A stretch of DNA of 64,000 bases from NCBI RefSeq assembly GCF_022837055.1, contig NC_062561.1, positions 552,715 to 616,714 of the forward strand, written 5' to 3'. Below the pieces are notes generated by a model that was not told where the DNA came from, searched no databases, and saw only the letters and a list, made by a program, of their open reading frames with translations. Below are positions 51,319-63,693 of the stretch, in pieces. Numbering within the stretch: the stretch's first letter is position 1; the number at the start of each line of letters is the position of its first letter. This DNA is from Prionailurus viverrinus (Eukaryota). The position numbers and the translations under genes were made by a program.

Positions 51319-52948
51319 CAGGTGGTTGGTCTTGACTTGGGTTTAACTTGGGTTCACTTCCCAAGTGTGAATCTGATTTGGGTTTCAGTTTCAAAGCAGG
51401 AAAGAATTTCATCATGAGATCTGACGTAGGAGGAGGGCTTGTGCTCCTACTGGATTTCCTCAAGTCTTCTCCCTTCTTGACTGGTGCGACCTTCCTTTTT
51501 ATTGCTTTGTCTGGTACACATATTTCACTCTTATTAGGATAGGCTGTCTGAGGAGTCCCATTAGTGACCTCTGTCCCAAGAACAGCATCATGTTTAAATG
51601 AATTCTCTTCAAGGTCAGTCCAAGTTCTTTCATCGTCAAAGTCAATTTTACTCATACTTACAGATGAGGGTCTTCTTGAGGACTCAGAAACTTTGTTTTT
51701 CAAGCTTTCTATTATGATAGACTCATCACTACTGTAATCTTTATCAGACAAATCTAAATCAACATCTCTCCTTTGATCTTCTTGCATCCCAGTGTCCCTA
51801 AAAGGCCCCTTACCATCACAGACCTGTGGACTGTCTTCTCTGCTGCTGAAACCCCTCTCTTTATCGTCAGTTGATGGTTTTATGGTAACATCAAGTTGTT
51901 CCTCAGAGTCGGTGCTACTGTCACTGTCCATGGCACCTTCGTCATCACCTACATTCCACCGAGTCTGATTTTCAGAAGTGCTAGTTTGGAATGCTTTCCT
52001 ACTGACTTTACAAGACTGTTCCCTATGTGCTTCAGGTGAGGACACTGAATCAGTCTGTTTGGGTGCGACCTCACACTCACACACATTATCAGGTTCAGTA
52101 CAGTCTGGAGCCTCATTGTGGTTACACTGAAGAATGGGATCCAGTGTCACCATCTTCCCCTGCTGTACGGCTTTGACAGGGGTGGAAGACAGCCGGTGCC
52201 CTTTGCAGATCTGCTGGTCCCTCTCTAAGATTTTCAGTACAAATGAAGAATTACTGGAAAATGATATTTCATCAGCAGCTTGCTCCAAAAACAAAAATTC
52301 ATCTAACTCCAAATTTTCCTTTTCCTTTTCTCGTTCCCACTTTTCTAACTTTTTCTGAAGAGAAATGTCAAGAGAAGATTCTGACTTTTTCAAGGTCTCA
52401 TTTATTGGGCTCTTAGAAGCCATGCAGCTGACCAGCCCTGCTGAAAGAGGAAGTCTGTCTCTACCTGGTGTCTTATTCCAGACTTTGCAACCAACATCAC
52501 AAGGTTTTGCACACTCGGGCATTTCTCTACTATTAGATTCAACTTTTTTTTCTAATTTGATCTGGTCTCTAAATTGCCCATCACATTTCTTCCCTGCCAG
52601 TATTTTCAATCCTGATGGAGAAAGACTTTTCCTGTTGTTACCCTTAAGCACTTTTGGCTTCTGACTAAGTGTGACAAAACCACTGCTGGCCCTAGCTTTA
52701 CTGTTCTTTTTAACAGGAGGGTTCTCTGTACACAGTTCTTTGTTTATTAGAGCAGTTTTCCGCTGGAATTGCTGTCTATCCATTTTAAACACAGGTTGGT
52801 CCTCTGAAATGCTCTGATTAGGCACTAGTTTACTTTCTCTCCCTTTCTGAGACTTAGATTTAGCATTAGTAAATCTAGCTAAACCTTCTCCTCGTTTCAA
52901 GAATGGTTGTTTTGGCTTTGCTTTGATTGGCAATGATCCTTCTGCTTC
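51319..52948 (-). CDS. CENPJ: CENPJ large exon (1630 nt, 543 codons, uninterrupted): [32 protein letters not shown]...NPSQDQPPG
   Basis: Acceptor tctttattttag|GAAGCAG and donor CCACCTG|gtaagt. The 543-aa ORF in the track is collinear with the large exon 7 of human CENPJ (about 75-80% identity by eye). Confidence 0.9.
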
Positions 52949-53073
52949 CTAAAATAAAGAATATTTTAATTAATTCTGGTATATCCAAGTTATCTCAATG
53001 TTCTTTTTAAAGCAAATTATAAATAAATCTCTAAAGCCTCATCTAACTTAATCAAGATAGTGGCGATGCCTAC

Positions 53074-53176
53074 CCTTAGTTGTTTTCGTTTCAATTCTTG
53101 TTCTTCCAGTCGAATTTGTTCTTCTAAGTAGTCTTCAAATGTCTGTTTCCTCTCTCTGATAGCAACTTTAATAGGC
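53074..53176 (-). CDS. CENPJ: CENPJ exon ([34 protein letters not shown])
   Basis: Acceptor atgattag|GCCTATT and donor CTAAGG|gtaggc. 103 nt. The intron to the large exon is only 125 bp. Confidence 0.9.
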
Positions 53177-53454
53177 CTAATCATAAAAATAAAGTTATTT
53201 AGCATGCAAGTCAAGATGTGGTGAATATCTGCCTCAGTGTGCCTGACAGAGATACCTCTGATTACACTGAGAACTAACCATTTTCAAAGTCACAGACCCC
53301 GTATGAGAATCCAAAGAAAGCTATAATCCTACCCCATCTCCCAAAATACAGAAAAATACAACACTCTACACGATTGGGAAAAAAAAAAAAAAAAAAACCT
53401 TCTGAAGTTCATTTTTTGCCTATAGATTATATAACTTTAAAATATACTTTGAGG

Positions 53455-53668
53455 GGGCGCCTGGGTGGCGCAGTCGGTTAAGCGTCCGACTTCAGCCAGG
53501 TCACGATCTCGTGGTCCGTGAGTTCGAGCCCCGCGTCAGGCTCTGGGCTGATGGCTCGGAGCCTGGAGTCTGTTTCCGATTCTGTGTCTCCCTCTCTCTC
53601 TGCCCCTCCCCCGTTCATGCTCTGTCTCTCTCTGTCCCAAAAATAAATAAACGTTGAAAAAAAAAAAT
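53455..53668 (+). mobile_element. Young carnivore SINE (CpG-retaining) with 16-bp TSD AAAATATACTTTGAGG
   Basis: TSD at 53439-53454 and 53677-53692. Near-identical to the copies at 34636 and 54155. Confidence 0.95.
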
Positions 53669-53692
53669 TTTTTTTTAAAAATATACTTTGAG

Positions 53693-53900
53693 GAGCGCCT
53701 GGGTGGCTCAGTCATTGAGCATCCAACTTCAGTTCAGGTCATGATCCCATGGTTCGTGAGTTTGAGCCCTGCGTCAGGTTCTATGTTGACAGCTCAGAGC
53801 CTGGAGCCTGCTTTGGATTCTGTATCTTTCTCTGCCCTCCCCCACTCACAGTCTGTCTCTCAAAAATGCATTAAAAATTTCATTAAAAAAAATAAATAAC
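53693..53900 (+). mobile_element. Carnivore SINE (older copy; the young SINE was inserted just upstream of it)
   Basis: SINEC consensus with more substitutions and CpG decay. Confidence 0.85.
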
Positions 53901-53963
53901 TAAGAATAAAATATATTTTGAAAATACTTCATCAAATAAGCACTTTAAGAAAGATCCTTGACA

Positions 53964-54427
53964 GGGGCGCCTGGGTGCCTCAGTTGGTTAAGTGCCAACT
54001 TCAGCTCAGGTAATGATCTCACAGCTTGTGAGTTCAAGCCCTGCATCAGGCTCTGTGCTGACAGCTCAGAGCCTGAAGCCTGCTTCGGATTCCGTCTCCC
54101 TCTCTCTGCCCTTCCCCTGTTCACACTCTGTCTCTTAAAAATAAATAAACGTTGGGGCGCCTGGGTGGCGCAGTCGGTTAAGCATCCGACTTCAGCCAGG
54201 TCATGATCTCGCGGTCTGGGAGTTCGAGCCCCGCGTCAGGCTCTGGGCTGATGGCTCAGAGCCTGGAGCCTGTTTCCGATTCTGTGTCTCCCTCTCTCTC
54301 TGCCCCTCCCCCGTCCATGCTCTGTCTCTTTCTGTCCCAAAAATAAATAAACGTTGAAAAAAAAATTTAAAAAAATAAAAATAAAAATAAATAAATAAAT
54401 AAATAAACGTTAAAAAAATTTAAAAAC
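53964..54427 (+). mobile_element. Carnivore SINE whose A-rich tail hosts a second, nested young SINE (54155-54397). Outer TSD AGATCCTTGACA.
   Basis: The outer direct repeat lies at 53952-53963 and 54428-54439. The inner SINE is flanked by AAATAAATAAACGTT(G) at 54138-54153 and 54398-54413. Confidence 0.85.
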
Positions 54428-54949
54428 AAGATCCTTGACAATGTAATAGAGCAATAATCAGAAGTAATTTGCCCATCCATAACATCTATTAAAATATGTC
54501 AAATATTTAAGAAAATAAGAAATCTCAATATTGATAGTTTATATTTGTCATAAGATTTTTAAATTCTGTAACTAAGCTTACCCAATTATAATTTATAAGT
54601 GACACCAAATGTGAGACTCAATATTAATTTGTTTTTGTCTTTGCCAAAATAGGATTTACCTAACTATTTGAGAGAAGATTAATTTTATCCAGATTTCTTC
54701 TCTTTGGTGAAAAAAGTTTGCTCAATTCTTCCAAAACAATGCAAAGCTATCTGAACTGACAGGTCTCCCCGACCACTGTCTGTTGCTGACAATATGTGGT
54801 AAGTTGTAACTTCAACACTATACTTCAAAGCATATTCAAGCAAAAACAAGAAAACCATGGGTCTTTTTTAAAAAGAAAGTGCTCTACCATAATAGCTGGC
54901 TATTACATTAAACTGTCACACTTCTTATTCCTTTCAATATGGATGATAC

Positions 54950-55061
54950 CTTTCTTCAATATTAGCCACTTCTGAAGAATCACCAATTTCTTTTATATTC
55001 ACATCTTTCCCTTCCTGAATAGGTTCGGCCACTTTCTCCCAACATGGTGAAACACCTTCTC
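54950..55061 (-). CDS. CENPJ: CENPJ exon ([36 protein letters not shown])
   Basis: Acceptor ttatcctag|GAGAAGG and donor GAAGAAAG|gtatc. 112 nt. Matches human [36 protein letters not shown]. Confidence 0.85.
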
Positions 55062-55334
55062 CTAGGATAAAAATTAGGAACAATTTAGTTCCAAAAAATA
55101 AAGAATAACATCTTAAAACCTGAGAATTTTACAAGTTACTATGCTAAAGTAATATTTATCAAAAGTAATATATGCCAAAGATTTTAGAACCCTCAAGGAT
55201 TTCTTTATTATGACTTCTTTATATGACTTTTTAATATGATTTCTTTAATAGGAGATAAACTACAAAACCCTATTTAAAACATGACACTGTTCATGAGGTA
55301 AATGTTATGGGCTTTTCTAAATTAAAAAAGACTA

Positions 55335-55540
55335 GGATCACCTGAGTGGCTCAGTCGGTTAAGCATCAGCCTCTTGATTTCGGCTCAGGTAAAGAATTCA
55401 TGGTTTGTGGGGATCAAGCCCCACTTCCAGCTCCACACTGACAGCATGGAGCCTGTTTGGGGTTCTCTCTCTCCCTTTCCTGCGCAGGCGCTCACTCTCT
55501 CTCTCAAAATAAATAAATAAATTTTTAAAAAATTGATTCA
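55335..55540 (+). mobile_element. Carnivore SINE (divergent head, GATCACCTGAGTGGCTCAGTCGGTTAAGCATCAGCCTCTTGATTTCGGCTCAGG)
   Basis: Approximate TSD ATTAAAAAAGACTA on both sides. Confidence 0.8.
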
Positions 55541-56998
55541 TTAAAAAAGACTAAAAAGAGAGCTATAACAACTGAATGTAACAGATGAACTTGACTGTTC
55601 CTGGTTTTTTTAAAAAAACACATATTTGGGACAATAGGGGGAATTCTAAAATGAATTTAAATATTAAGGAATAGTATTAGAGAATACTATCTATACAGAA
55701 GAATATCATAATTTTTACTTGATGTGTGCTGAAATATTTGAAGTGATGTAACATAATGCCTGCATATTACTTGCAATGAAATGACTGAGCAAGTTACATT
55801 TAAATGTAGGCAGAAATACAGATGTATAGATATACATACACACATAGAAAAATATGTAGACAAAGTAAATACAGCAAAATATTAACTGCTGAATCAAGGT
55901 CTATTATTTATCATTGCAGTAGTCTTTCAACTTTTCTGGATGTTTGAAATTTTCCAAAATAAAAAGGTAAGAGAGTATACTGCTTAAAAAATTTTTAAAA
56001 GGCATGTGACCTTTCCATATTCTAAATCAGAAATAAAATATTATGCACAAAGGTGCCCAATCCTAACTAGTAAGGGTAGACACCTTTTGTCATATTTTCT
56101 GCACTTTTTTAGAACTTTCTCCAAAGAACATATTCATGAAAACACCATCAAAATTGAAAATAAAATTCAAATTAAAAATACTGGAAACAACTCAGCCCTA
56201 CTGCAAAGAACATTAAATACTGATATATTATTTGATGACCAGCATGATGACAACCATTAAAATTATGGTTATGAAACTATGAAATTTACCATCATGTTTG
56301 AGTAGGAAAAGAACACATTATTTTCCATCTTGGCTGGGAAAAGAACACAATTATACAATATTTTACAGTTACAAAATGTAAAAAAAAAAAAAGTGGAAGG
56401 GGGAATGGGGCACAGAAACAGCATTTTAAAAAAGGAAAAAAAAGACCAGAAGAAACTACACCAGAAATGCCACAAGACCTCCATGAGTTTAGACCATCAG
56501 ATGCTGCCAGTTCTCTGGCAAAAACATGTTGAGCGCAAGGAATACAGAAGTACAGTGAGGGCAAACCGAGTGTCTGGGAGTGGACGGAATTTCTCTTCTG
56601 AATAATAACTGCCACCACCAACCTATTTCTCACATTTCACATCTTCGATCATGTGCCCCTCCACTACCACACATACTACATAACCTCAAACTATTTCTAA
56701 GCTCTCAGAGAAAAATAGTACACACAGAACCCACCATCCCCCTTTTTGAAGACCCCATGCTACCTTGAGAGGTTTGAAATCAGCATGAGTATTGCGATTG
56801 TTCTCAGAAAGTCACAAAATTCTGTGTCCAGTTCTGTGTCCAATCCAGGCTCAATGGTTACACAACATGTAGGGGCTCATAATTAAAGCCACAGGCACGG
56901 GGGACAGGGGAAAAAATGCAGGAAGGACTTTTCTTGTCTTAGCACAGCTTGGTAACACTGCTAGCTAAGTACAAAAGAGAGAAATAGAAGTAACTCAC

Positions 56999-57298
56999 CT
57001 ATAGGATAGTCATGGTTTTCTTCCTTCAAATCATTGTTTTTCACAAGTGCTTCTTGATATTGTGCCTCACAAAACAAAGTGAGAGGAGCACCAGTTTTTG
57101 CAGTTAAGACAAAATCTGGATGAGTAGTTCTACAGAAGTTGTTTTGTTCATCAGATAAAATGTTGGAAGTGTGTGTTTTTTCTTGGGTTTGATTCTGGTA
57201 GACATGTGACGGTAGGAAGGGCGAGGTTTTCTCTACAGTGGTTGAATTTCCTGGAGATCTATACTTCTGGCTCTGACCATCAGGCAGTAGGGTTAAAC
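56999..57298 (-). CDS. CENPJ: CENPJ exon ([100 protein letters not shown])
   Basis: Acceptor aattgcaag|GTTTAACC and donor CCTATAG|gtgagt. 300 nt. Confidence 0.85.
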
Positions 57299-57723
57299 CT
57301 TGCAATTAAAAAAAAATAGTTGAAAAAGAAAAAAAAATTATCAAAACTAATGACTTCCTAGAACATTTTCGCTTCTACCTGTTAGTGATCCCTACCTACC
57401 AGGTTTTCTCCAAAGTGATAAAAGTATTTTTTCCTCCTTATATTAGGAAACTCTATTTAACAAAATGATGAAATTTAGAAGCCCAAAATGACCGCTGCAT
57501 AATGTGAATCAAGGGTATGTTTATACGACAATTGATGTGCAGTGTAGACCTGGCACAGCTGCAACACAGCCTGCTTCTGGAAGGCACCATTCATCTTCCA
57601 TCTGTGAGCACTGCTGGAATTCTCAACTCTGCAGCCCCACAACAAACACAGAGAGCACCAATGCCAATAGCTGTAAATGATCTGAAGAGTTCCCTAAAGA
57701 CAAATAAGCTCCCTAAAGACACC

Positions 57724-57957
57724 CGGGGTGCCTGAGTGGCTCAGTTGGTTGAGCATCCACCTTTGGCCCAGGTCATGATCTCATGAATTCAAGCCCCACA
57801 TCAGGCTCCGTGCTGACAGCTCAGAGCCTGGAGCCTGCTTCAAATTCTGTGTCTCCCTCTCTCTCTACCCCTCCCCTGCTTGGACTCTGTGTCTCTCCCT
57901 CAAAAAAAAAGTAAAAAACATTGAAAAAATGTAAAATGTTAAAAAAAAAAAAAAAAG
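57724..57957 (+). mobile_element. Carnivore SINE
   Basis: GGGGTGCCTGAGTGGCTCAGTTGGTTGAGCATCCACCTTTGGCCCAGG... Confidence 0.85.
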
Positions 57958-57961
57958 CGAA

Positions 57962-58090
57962 GGGGCACCAGTTGGCTCAGTCAGTGGGGCATGTGACTTT
58001 TGGTCTCAGGGTTGTGAATTTGAGCCCCAAGTTGGGTGTAGAGATTACTTAAAAATAAAATCTTAAAAAAAAAAAAAACAAAACAAAACC
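57962..58090 (+). mobile_element. Partial SINE of a divergent older subfamily (same type as 39991-40090)
   Basis: GGGGCACCAGTTGGCTCAGTCAGTGGGGCATGTGACTTTTGGTCTCAGGGTTGTGAATTTGAGCCCCAAGTTGGGTGTAGAGATTACTTAAAAATAAAAT. Confidence 0.7.
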
Positions 58091-58093
58091 AGA

Positions 58094-58300
58094 AGGGGCA
58101 CCCAAGTAGCTCAGTCAGCTGAGCATCCAACTCTTGACTTCAGCTCAGGTCAGGATTTCAGGGTTTGTGCATTCCAGCCCCAAGTTGGGCTCTGTGCTGA
58201 CCACATGGAGCCTGCTTGGGATTCTCTCTCACTCTCTCTATCCCTCCCCTGCTCACACACTCTCTTTCTCCCTCTCTCTCAAAATAAATATTTAAAAATA
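58094..58300 (+). mobile_element. Carnivore SINE
   Basis: AAGGGGCACCCAAGTAGCTCAGTCAGCTGAGCATCCAACTCTTGACTTCAGCTCAGG... Confidence 0.85.
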
Positions 58301-58477
58301 TATAAATCGAAGAAGAGAAGACACAATGTGAAGGGTTTTATAAGAGCCATGCCACCCATCTCTCAAACCCTCTGCCTCATCCCAGATCACAAATAAAACT
58401 GGAAATGAGGTAGGTCTTCAAAGACTATCAGGCTCAAACTCCTTTCTTTTATAGAACAATACTCTCTCCATCCAAAG

Positions 58478-58679
58478 ATTTTTTTAAGTTTATTTATTTT
58501 GAGAAAGAGAGCATGAGTTGGGGAGGGGCAGAGAGAAAGGAAGAGAGAGAGAATCCTAAGTAGGCTCTACGCTGTCAGTGGAGAGACCAATGCGGGGCTT
58601 GAACCCATAAACCATGAGATCATGACCTGAGCCAAAATCGAAAGCCAGACTCAAATGACTGAGCCACCCAGCATCCCCA
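58478..58679 (-). mobile_element. Carnivore SINE
   Basis: SINEC consensus in reverse orientation. Confidence 0.85.
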
Positions 58680-59015
58680 AATGTTTCTGACTTACAGTCA
58701 CCTCACTTCAGACTAAAGATGTCTTTGATAAAAGTGCAATACCCCAAAGAAGCAGTTCTCAAAGTGTGGTCTGTAAACCCCTGAAGGTCTCTAAGATTCT
58801 TTCGGTGCATCCACAAAGTCAAATCTATTTTCATAAGATATTAAGATAGTATTTGTCTTTTTCACTTCATGCACTAATGGTGCAAGAGCAAAAGAGAAAC
58901 TCGTGGTACCTTCACTCAAAAGCAGGACAGCAAAACAGTGGCACCAAACTGTGCTAGCAGTCACTGTATTAGTCACCACAAAAAACAAACAAACAAACAA
59001 AAAACAGGGGCGCCT

Positions 59016-59165
59016 GGGTAGCTGAGTCAGTTGAGCGTCTGACTCTTGATTTTGGCTCAGGCCATAATCCCAGGGTCGTGGGATCAAGCCCCACATCAGG
59101 CTCCATGCTGGGTGTAGAGCCTGCTTAGGATTCTCTCTCTCCCTCTGCCCATCTCCCCTGCTGGT

Positions 59166-59204
<39 letters not shown>

Positions 59205-59213
59205 AAAAACAAA
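59016..59213 (+). mobile_element. Carnivore SINE with (CT)18 in its tail (59163-59205)
   Basis: SINEC head plus an expanded CT dinucleotide run. Confidence 0.85.
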
Positions 59214-59238
59214 GTTTTATTTAAGAATGTCCTAGATA

Positions 59239-59412
59239 GGGGCGCCTGGGTGGTTCAGTTGGTTGAGTATCCAACTCTTGGTTTGGCTCAGGTCAAGATC
59301 TCACGGTTGTGAGATTAAGCCCCATGTTGGGCTCCATGCTGAATGTGGAGCCTGCTTGGGATTCTGTCCCTCCTCAGCGCACTCTCTCTCTCTCAAAAAA
59401 ATAAAATAAAAA
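59239..59412 (+). mobile_element. Carnivore SINE
   Basis: SINEC consensus. Confidence 0.85.
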
Positions 59413-59799
59413 GGTCCTAAAGTTGCAAGAATTATTAATTTTTAAACTGAATTTGAACTGTTGAGTTCAAGTGTCATTTCAACATTCTATAGGACAAAAC
59501 AAAAAGCGTGCATAAATCACTTCTACTGCAAACCAAGACATAGCTTGGTTTGAGATGTAAGCTTGACTAGGCACTTCTCTCAAAGAACATCATTTTTACT
59601 TGAAAGAATAAATGACAAAACTATGATGATTTAAACTTTCGTACTTGGCAGACAGTTTCTCAAAAATTAAACAAGTGAGCCAGTCACTTCAAAAAAAATG
59701 ACCACAGTATTTAATAGTAAAACTTGAAGTCTCTAGTAAAAATTAGAATTTATTAAACAAACCTACCACCATGAGCTTGACAGCTTCATAACACTTCAA

Positions 59800-59830
<31 letters not shown>

Positions 59831-59837
59831 CAAAAAA

Positions 59838-60034
59838 TTTTTTTTAATGTTTATTTTTGAGAGAGAGAAGGAGAGCACAAGTTGGGCAGGGGCAGAGGGA
59901 GAGAGAGGGAGACAGAGGATCCCAAGCACCTCAGCGCTGACAGCAGAGAGCCCCATGCAGGCACTGACTCAAGAACTGTGAGACTATGACCTGAGCCTAA
60001 GTCAGACACTCAACCAACTGAGAGACCCAGGCAG
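59838..60034 (-). mobile_element. Carnivore SINE, adjacent to an A30 run (59796-59830)
   Basis: SINEC consensus in reverse orientation. Confidence 0.85.
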
Positions 60035-61624
60035 CACCCTGTTACTTCAAGACTTTTACGATGAGCTCTGTAGTGGTATTAATGGATATAATTTTTTGAT
60101 ATTATATGATAAAATACACTTAAGTATATTTTAAAGACCTACATAACTCAGTGAACCACTACTTTGCAAATAACCAATGCACAATTTTACTAAATCATGC
60201 ATGATAAAAGAGCCATTCAAAATGCCAAGATATTCCAATATATTTCATGTAATAGAGTATAAAAAAGTTCATTAATATAGTTTCAGACTCCATACTTTGA
60301 ATTATCACTAAGAAACGGCCAATTGTTAGGTTTGGGTGCAATATCAAAGAAATAACTACAATTATTTGAAAAGGCTATTACAGTACTCTTCTTTCCCTCT
60401 TCCAAGTAAACATCCATGTGAGGCCGAATTTTTTTTCACATGCTTCAATCAAAACAACATAACTTAAGAGAATGAATGCAGAAGCAGATAGGACAATCAG
60501 CTGAGCTTTTTTAAACCAGAAGTTAAAAGAGATGTTCAAAAATATAAAACTATGCCATTCTTCTAATTTTTTAGAAAAACCTCTTCATTAAGTTACTTAT
60601 GATAACATGTAACTGCTTTTTATTTTAATGAATTAGTTTTTTAATTTCTCCAATTTAATTTCTGATAGTTAAATATCAACAGCCATAGCCCATAGAACAA
60701 ATACTCTGGAGTCCTCATTAATTTAAGAGTGTTCAGTGGTCCTGAAACCAAACAGTGTTAAAAATCACTGTCCTAAAAGCAATGTGCCATAATTGAAAGG
60801 CGCTAGCTTTTATATCAACAATGTTGAAACTGCTTCCTTATTGCTCTACCGTAGTGCTATTTCTACCTTAAAAAGTATCACAGGCTGTTATTGAAATGAT
60901 CTGGATTATCCTCTTATGTATTCCATAAAGGAACCCTGACCCATTCAACTATTTCAAGACACACACCATGTTCTCTACATTTACTAAGATAAACGTCCTA
61001 ATTCCCTAAACCACTCTTCATTTGATACATTTCTCATCACTACCACTACTACTATTCCCTGAATCCCATCCAGCTCCTTTGCACATTCATCTGCCAATGT
61101 CTTTTATTCTTCGTATTCTCAATGCCCAGTGCAACCTCTGAACAGAACAGGCACTTTTGTGAATCAGCACTGTGTCTCTGGGAAGGTGCCATCAAGAAGC
61201 AAACACATGTTCCAGATCACTATTTCTCAAACTAAGGGATACAATCCATTAGTAATTTTATCATCAGAATCATGACTGGTACTTTTTTCAATGAATGAGA
61301 TTAGGACAAAATAAATAGAAAATATCCTTACAACATGCCAGGCACACCAATAAAGACTGATTTATGAAATTTCTTTGAAATTGTGAGTCACGATTTTAAA
61401 TGTTTTTGTTATAATGTGGTATGGTGAAACATCTCTCAAAACCACTGCTAGAGATCAAATTTACACAGGTTTACAGTCCCCTGATAAGTATATCGTGTTT
61501 TCTGTTAATTGATCTAGTATACAACAAAAGATGTGTCATCTGCCACCACAGAAAATATTTTTGGTATGGTTCCTCTGCTGACCAGAGTAGCCTCTACACA
61601 TATTTTACCATTATGACCCTGAGG

Positions 61625-61807
61625 AGTTTTTTCTTTTTCTTTTTTTTTTTTTTTTTTTTTTTTGAGAGAGAGAGAAAGAATCCCAAGTAGGCTCTGCTTT
61701 ATCAATACAGAGCCTAATGCAGGGCTCGATCCCACAAACCACGAGATCATGACCTGAGCGGAGACAAGAGCCAGACACTTAACTGACTGAGCCACCCAGA
61801 ACACCCT
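61625..61807 (-). mobile_element. Carnivore SINE with a long poly-T side (T~30 at 61633-61665) and TSD (GAGGAGTTTTT)
   Basis: SINEC consensus in reverse orientation. Direct repeats at 61617-61628 and 61808-61818. Confidence 0.85.
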
Positions 61808-61906
61808 ACGGAGTTTTTCATTCTTCAGGCAGGGGTTGTAAGCCAGTAGCCCTAGGCCAAATTTGGCTCTACATCTTTTATTCTGCTAGGTCTTTTTAAA
61901 ATTTTA

Positions 61907-62130
61907 TAGGGACGCCTGGGTGGCTCAATCGATTAAGCATCTGACTTTGGCTCAGGTCACCATTTCATAGTTTCTGAGTTCGAGCCCAACACAGGGCTCT
62001 CTGATGTCAGCACAGAACCCACTTTGGATCCTCTGTCCCCCTCTCTCTCTCTCTCTCTGCCTTTCCCCCTCTCCCCACTCATCTGCTCTCTCACTCCCTC
62101 TCTCTAAAATAAATAAACATTAAAAAAAAT
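61907..62130 (+). mobile_element. Carnivore SINE
   Basis: SINEC consensus. Confidence 0.85.
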
Positions 62131-62141
62131 CTTTAGGGGCA

Positions 62142-62370
62142 CCTGGGTGGCTCAGTCAGTTAAGCGTCCGACTTCAGGCTCAGGTCATGATTTCACGGTT
62201 CATGGGTTCAAACTCCGCGTCGGGCTCTGTGCTGACAACTCAGAGCCTGGAGCCTGCTTTGGATTCTGTGTCTCCCTCTCTCTCTTTGCCCCTCCCTCTC
62301 TCTCTCTGCCCCTCCCTCGCTCATGCTCTGTCTCTCAAAAATAAGTAAATGTTAAAAAAAAAATTAAAAA
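62142..62370 (+). mobile_element. Carnivore SINE with TSD AAAAATCTT; lies about 260 bp downstream (intronic side) of the CENPJ exon at 62628
   Basis: SINEC consensus with flanking direct repeats. Confidence 0.85.
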
Positions 62371-62627
62371 TCTTCAAACTTTCATTTTATAAATAAATAT
62401 GACTGCCGTTAAGCAGGGCACACATGCTCCAGAATGGCCCAGCTCCCACCTGTCCCAATCATATACCACCACCACCATTTCATAGTTATCTGCAAGGCCC
62501 CTAAAGAAACTGGGGTTCACCACATATGACAGAGTAATGGTAGAAAAAACCTGTCAAACAACTAAAGGTGAGAAATGTCACTGTTCACTGATGAGCTGCC
62601 TGAAGGCTCTGTGTAAGCACAAAGTAC

Positions 62628-62751
62628 CTGGGAGTGGTTGGTGCCCAGACACAGTAGTGAGCAGCTTCTCTTGTTCTTCCAGAAGTCTCTGTAGTTGCTC
62701 GAAATGCTGCCTCCTCAGCTGTTCCTGCTTCTTCTGTTGTACTTCTTTCAG
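62628..62751 (-). CDS. CENPJ: CENPJ exon ([41 protein letters not shown])
   Basis: Acceptor tttaaaaag|CTGAAAG and donor CTCCCAG|gtactt. 124 nt. Confidence 0.85.
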
Positions 62752-63249
62752 CTTTTTAAACATAAAACTTGATTAAACTAACTTTACATTTCTTTAGGGA
62801 TCTTTGCTCCTTACATTTATCTTAACCCCTCTCATCTCCCTTTTCGTATCATCTCTAATACAGAGTTTCAAAGAGTGATCCCTAAGTAACTACATCTGCC
62901 ACCCAAACTCTAAAATCCTATTTTTTATGAAGGAAACATAGAAACAGAAAAAGTCATTTGAATCTGTAGAATCTTACAATACGATAGGTATCAGTACATT
63001 TATGATCAACTTTTCCCCTTTAATATCTAATCAGCCATTTCCAATTCAGTTTTTACCAAACAAAGCAGAAACTTAAAAGATATTGTTATCTCGAGTGTTG
63101 TATGTTACATATCAGACCTGTGTTAATGTTTCACATTAGATAAAAGGCAAAATTTGGTATTTTGAGGATTTCCCAGGAAAGGGGAAGAAAACTTTCCATC
63201 AACAGAAACTTGCAATAATGCAAATACATTAGGCCAAATTCTCTTGTAC

Positions 63250-63693
63250 CTGTTCAAGCTTTTTAAAAAGTGGGTCTTTATAAGGCACTTCTTTGCATTC
63301 ACTTGAAAGATCTGAGACAATGTCATTTTTGTTATCTTCCCAGTGTCCAGGAGCACCCTGACATGCCACTATTTGTGGTTCCTCTTTAGTTAAAGGAAAC
63401 ACTGCATGTGTTTCAGACTTATTTGATTGTAGTTTATAAGGGCTGTTAGAGTCCAACTTCTGTTCTTCATGAAGTGAATCTTCTTCACTTACAAAGGTGA
63501 AGCTATCTGAAAAATGCGTGGCTTTAACAGGAAAGCTGGTAGAAATGTTCACACTTGCTCGCTGCTCTTCGTCTGCTTCCAAAATAGGAAATCCACGATT
63601 TAATATGACCCCAGCCCGAGAAGGATTGGTCATCCACTGGGTTAGGAAGCTCTGCCCACTGTTTAACTCTGAAGAGGCTGGCATCACGAACAT
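63250..63693 (-). CDS. CENPJ: CENPJ first coding exon. ATG at 63691-63693 (minus strand): [65 protein letters not shown]...DPLFKKLEQ. The exon probably extends as 5'UTR to an acceptor at about 63759-63761.
   Basis: The N-terminus matches human [46 protein letters not shown]... Donor GAACAG|gtacaag. The upstream tttctacag|GTGTTGG lies in the 5'UTR. Confidence 0.9.

Noticed and set aside
53455-54427. Cluster of four similar ~200 bp elements with short spacers, superficially array-like
   Set aside because: The units are tRNA-derived SINEs with poly(A) tails and TSDs, in one orientation by chance. The 'spacers' are their A-rich tails. This is not a CRISPR or satellite array.
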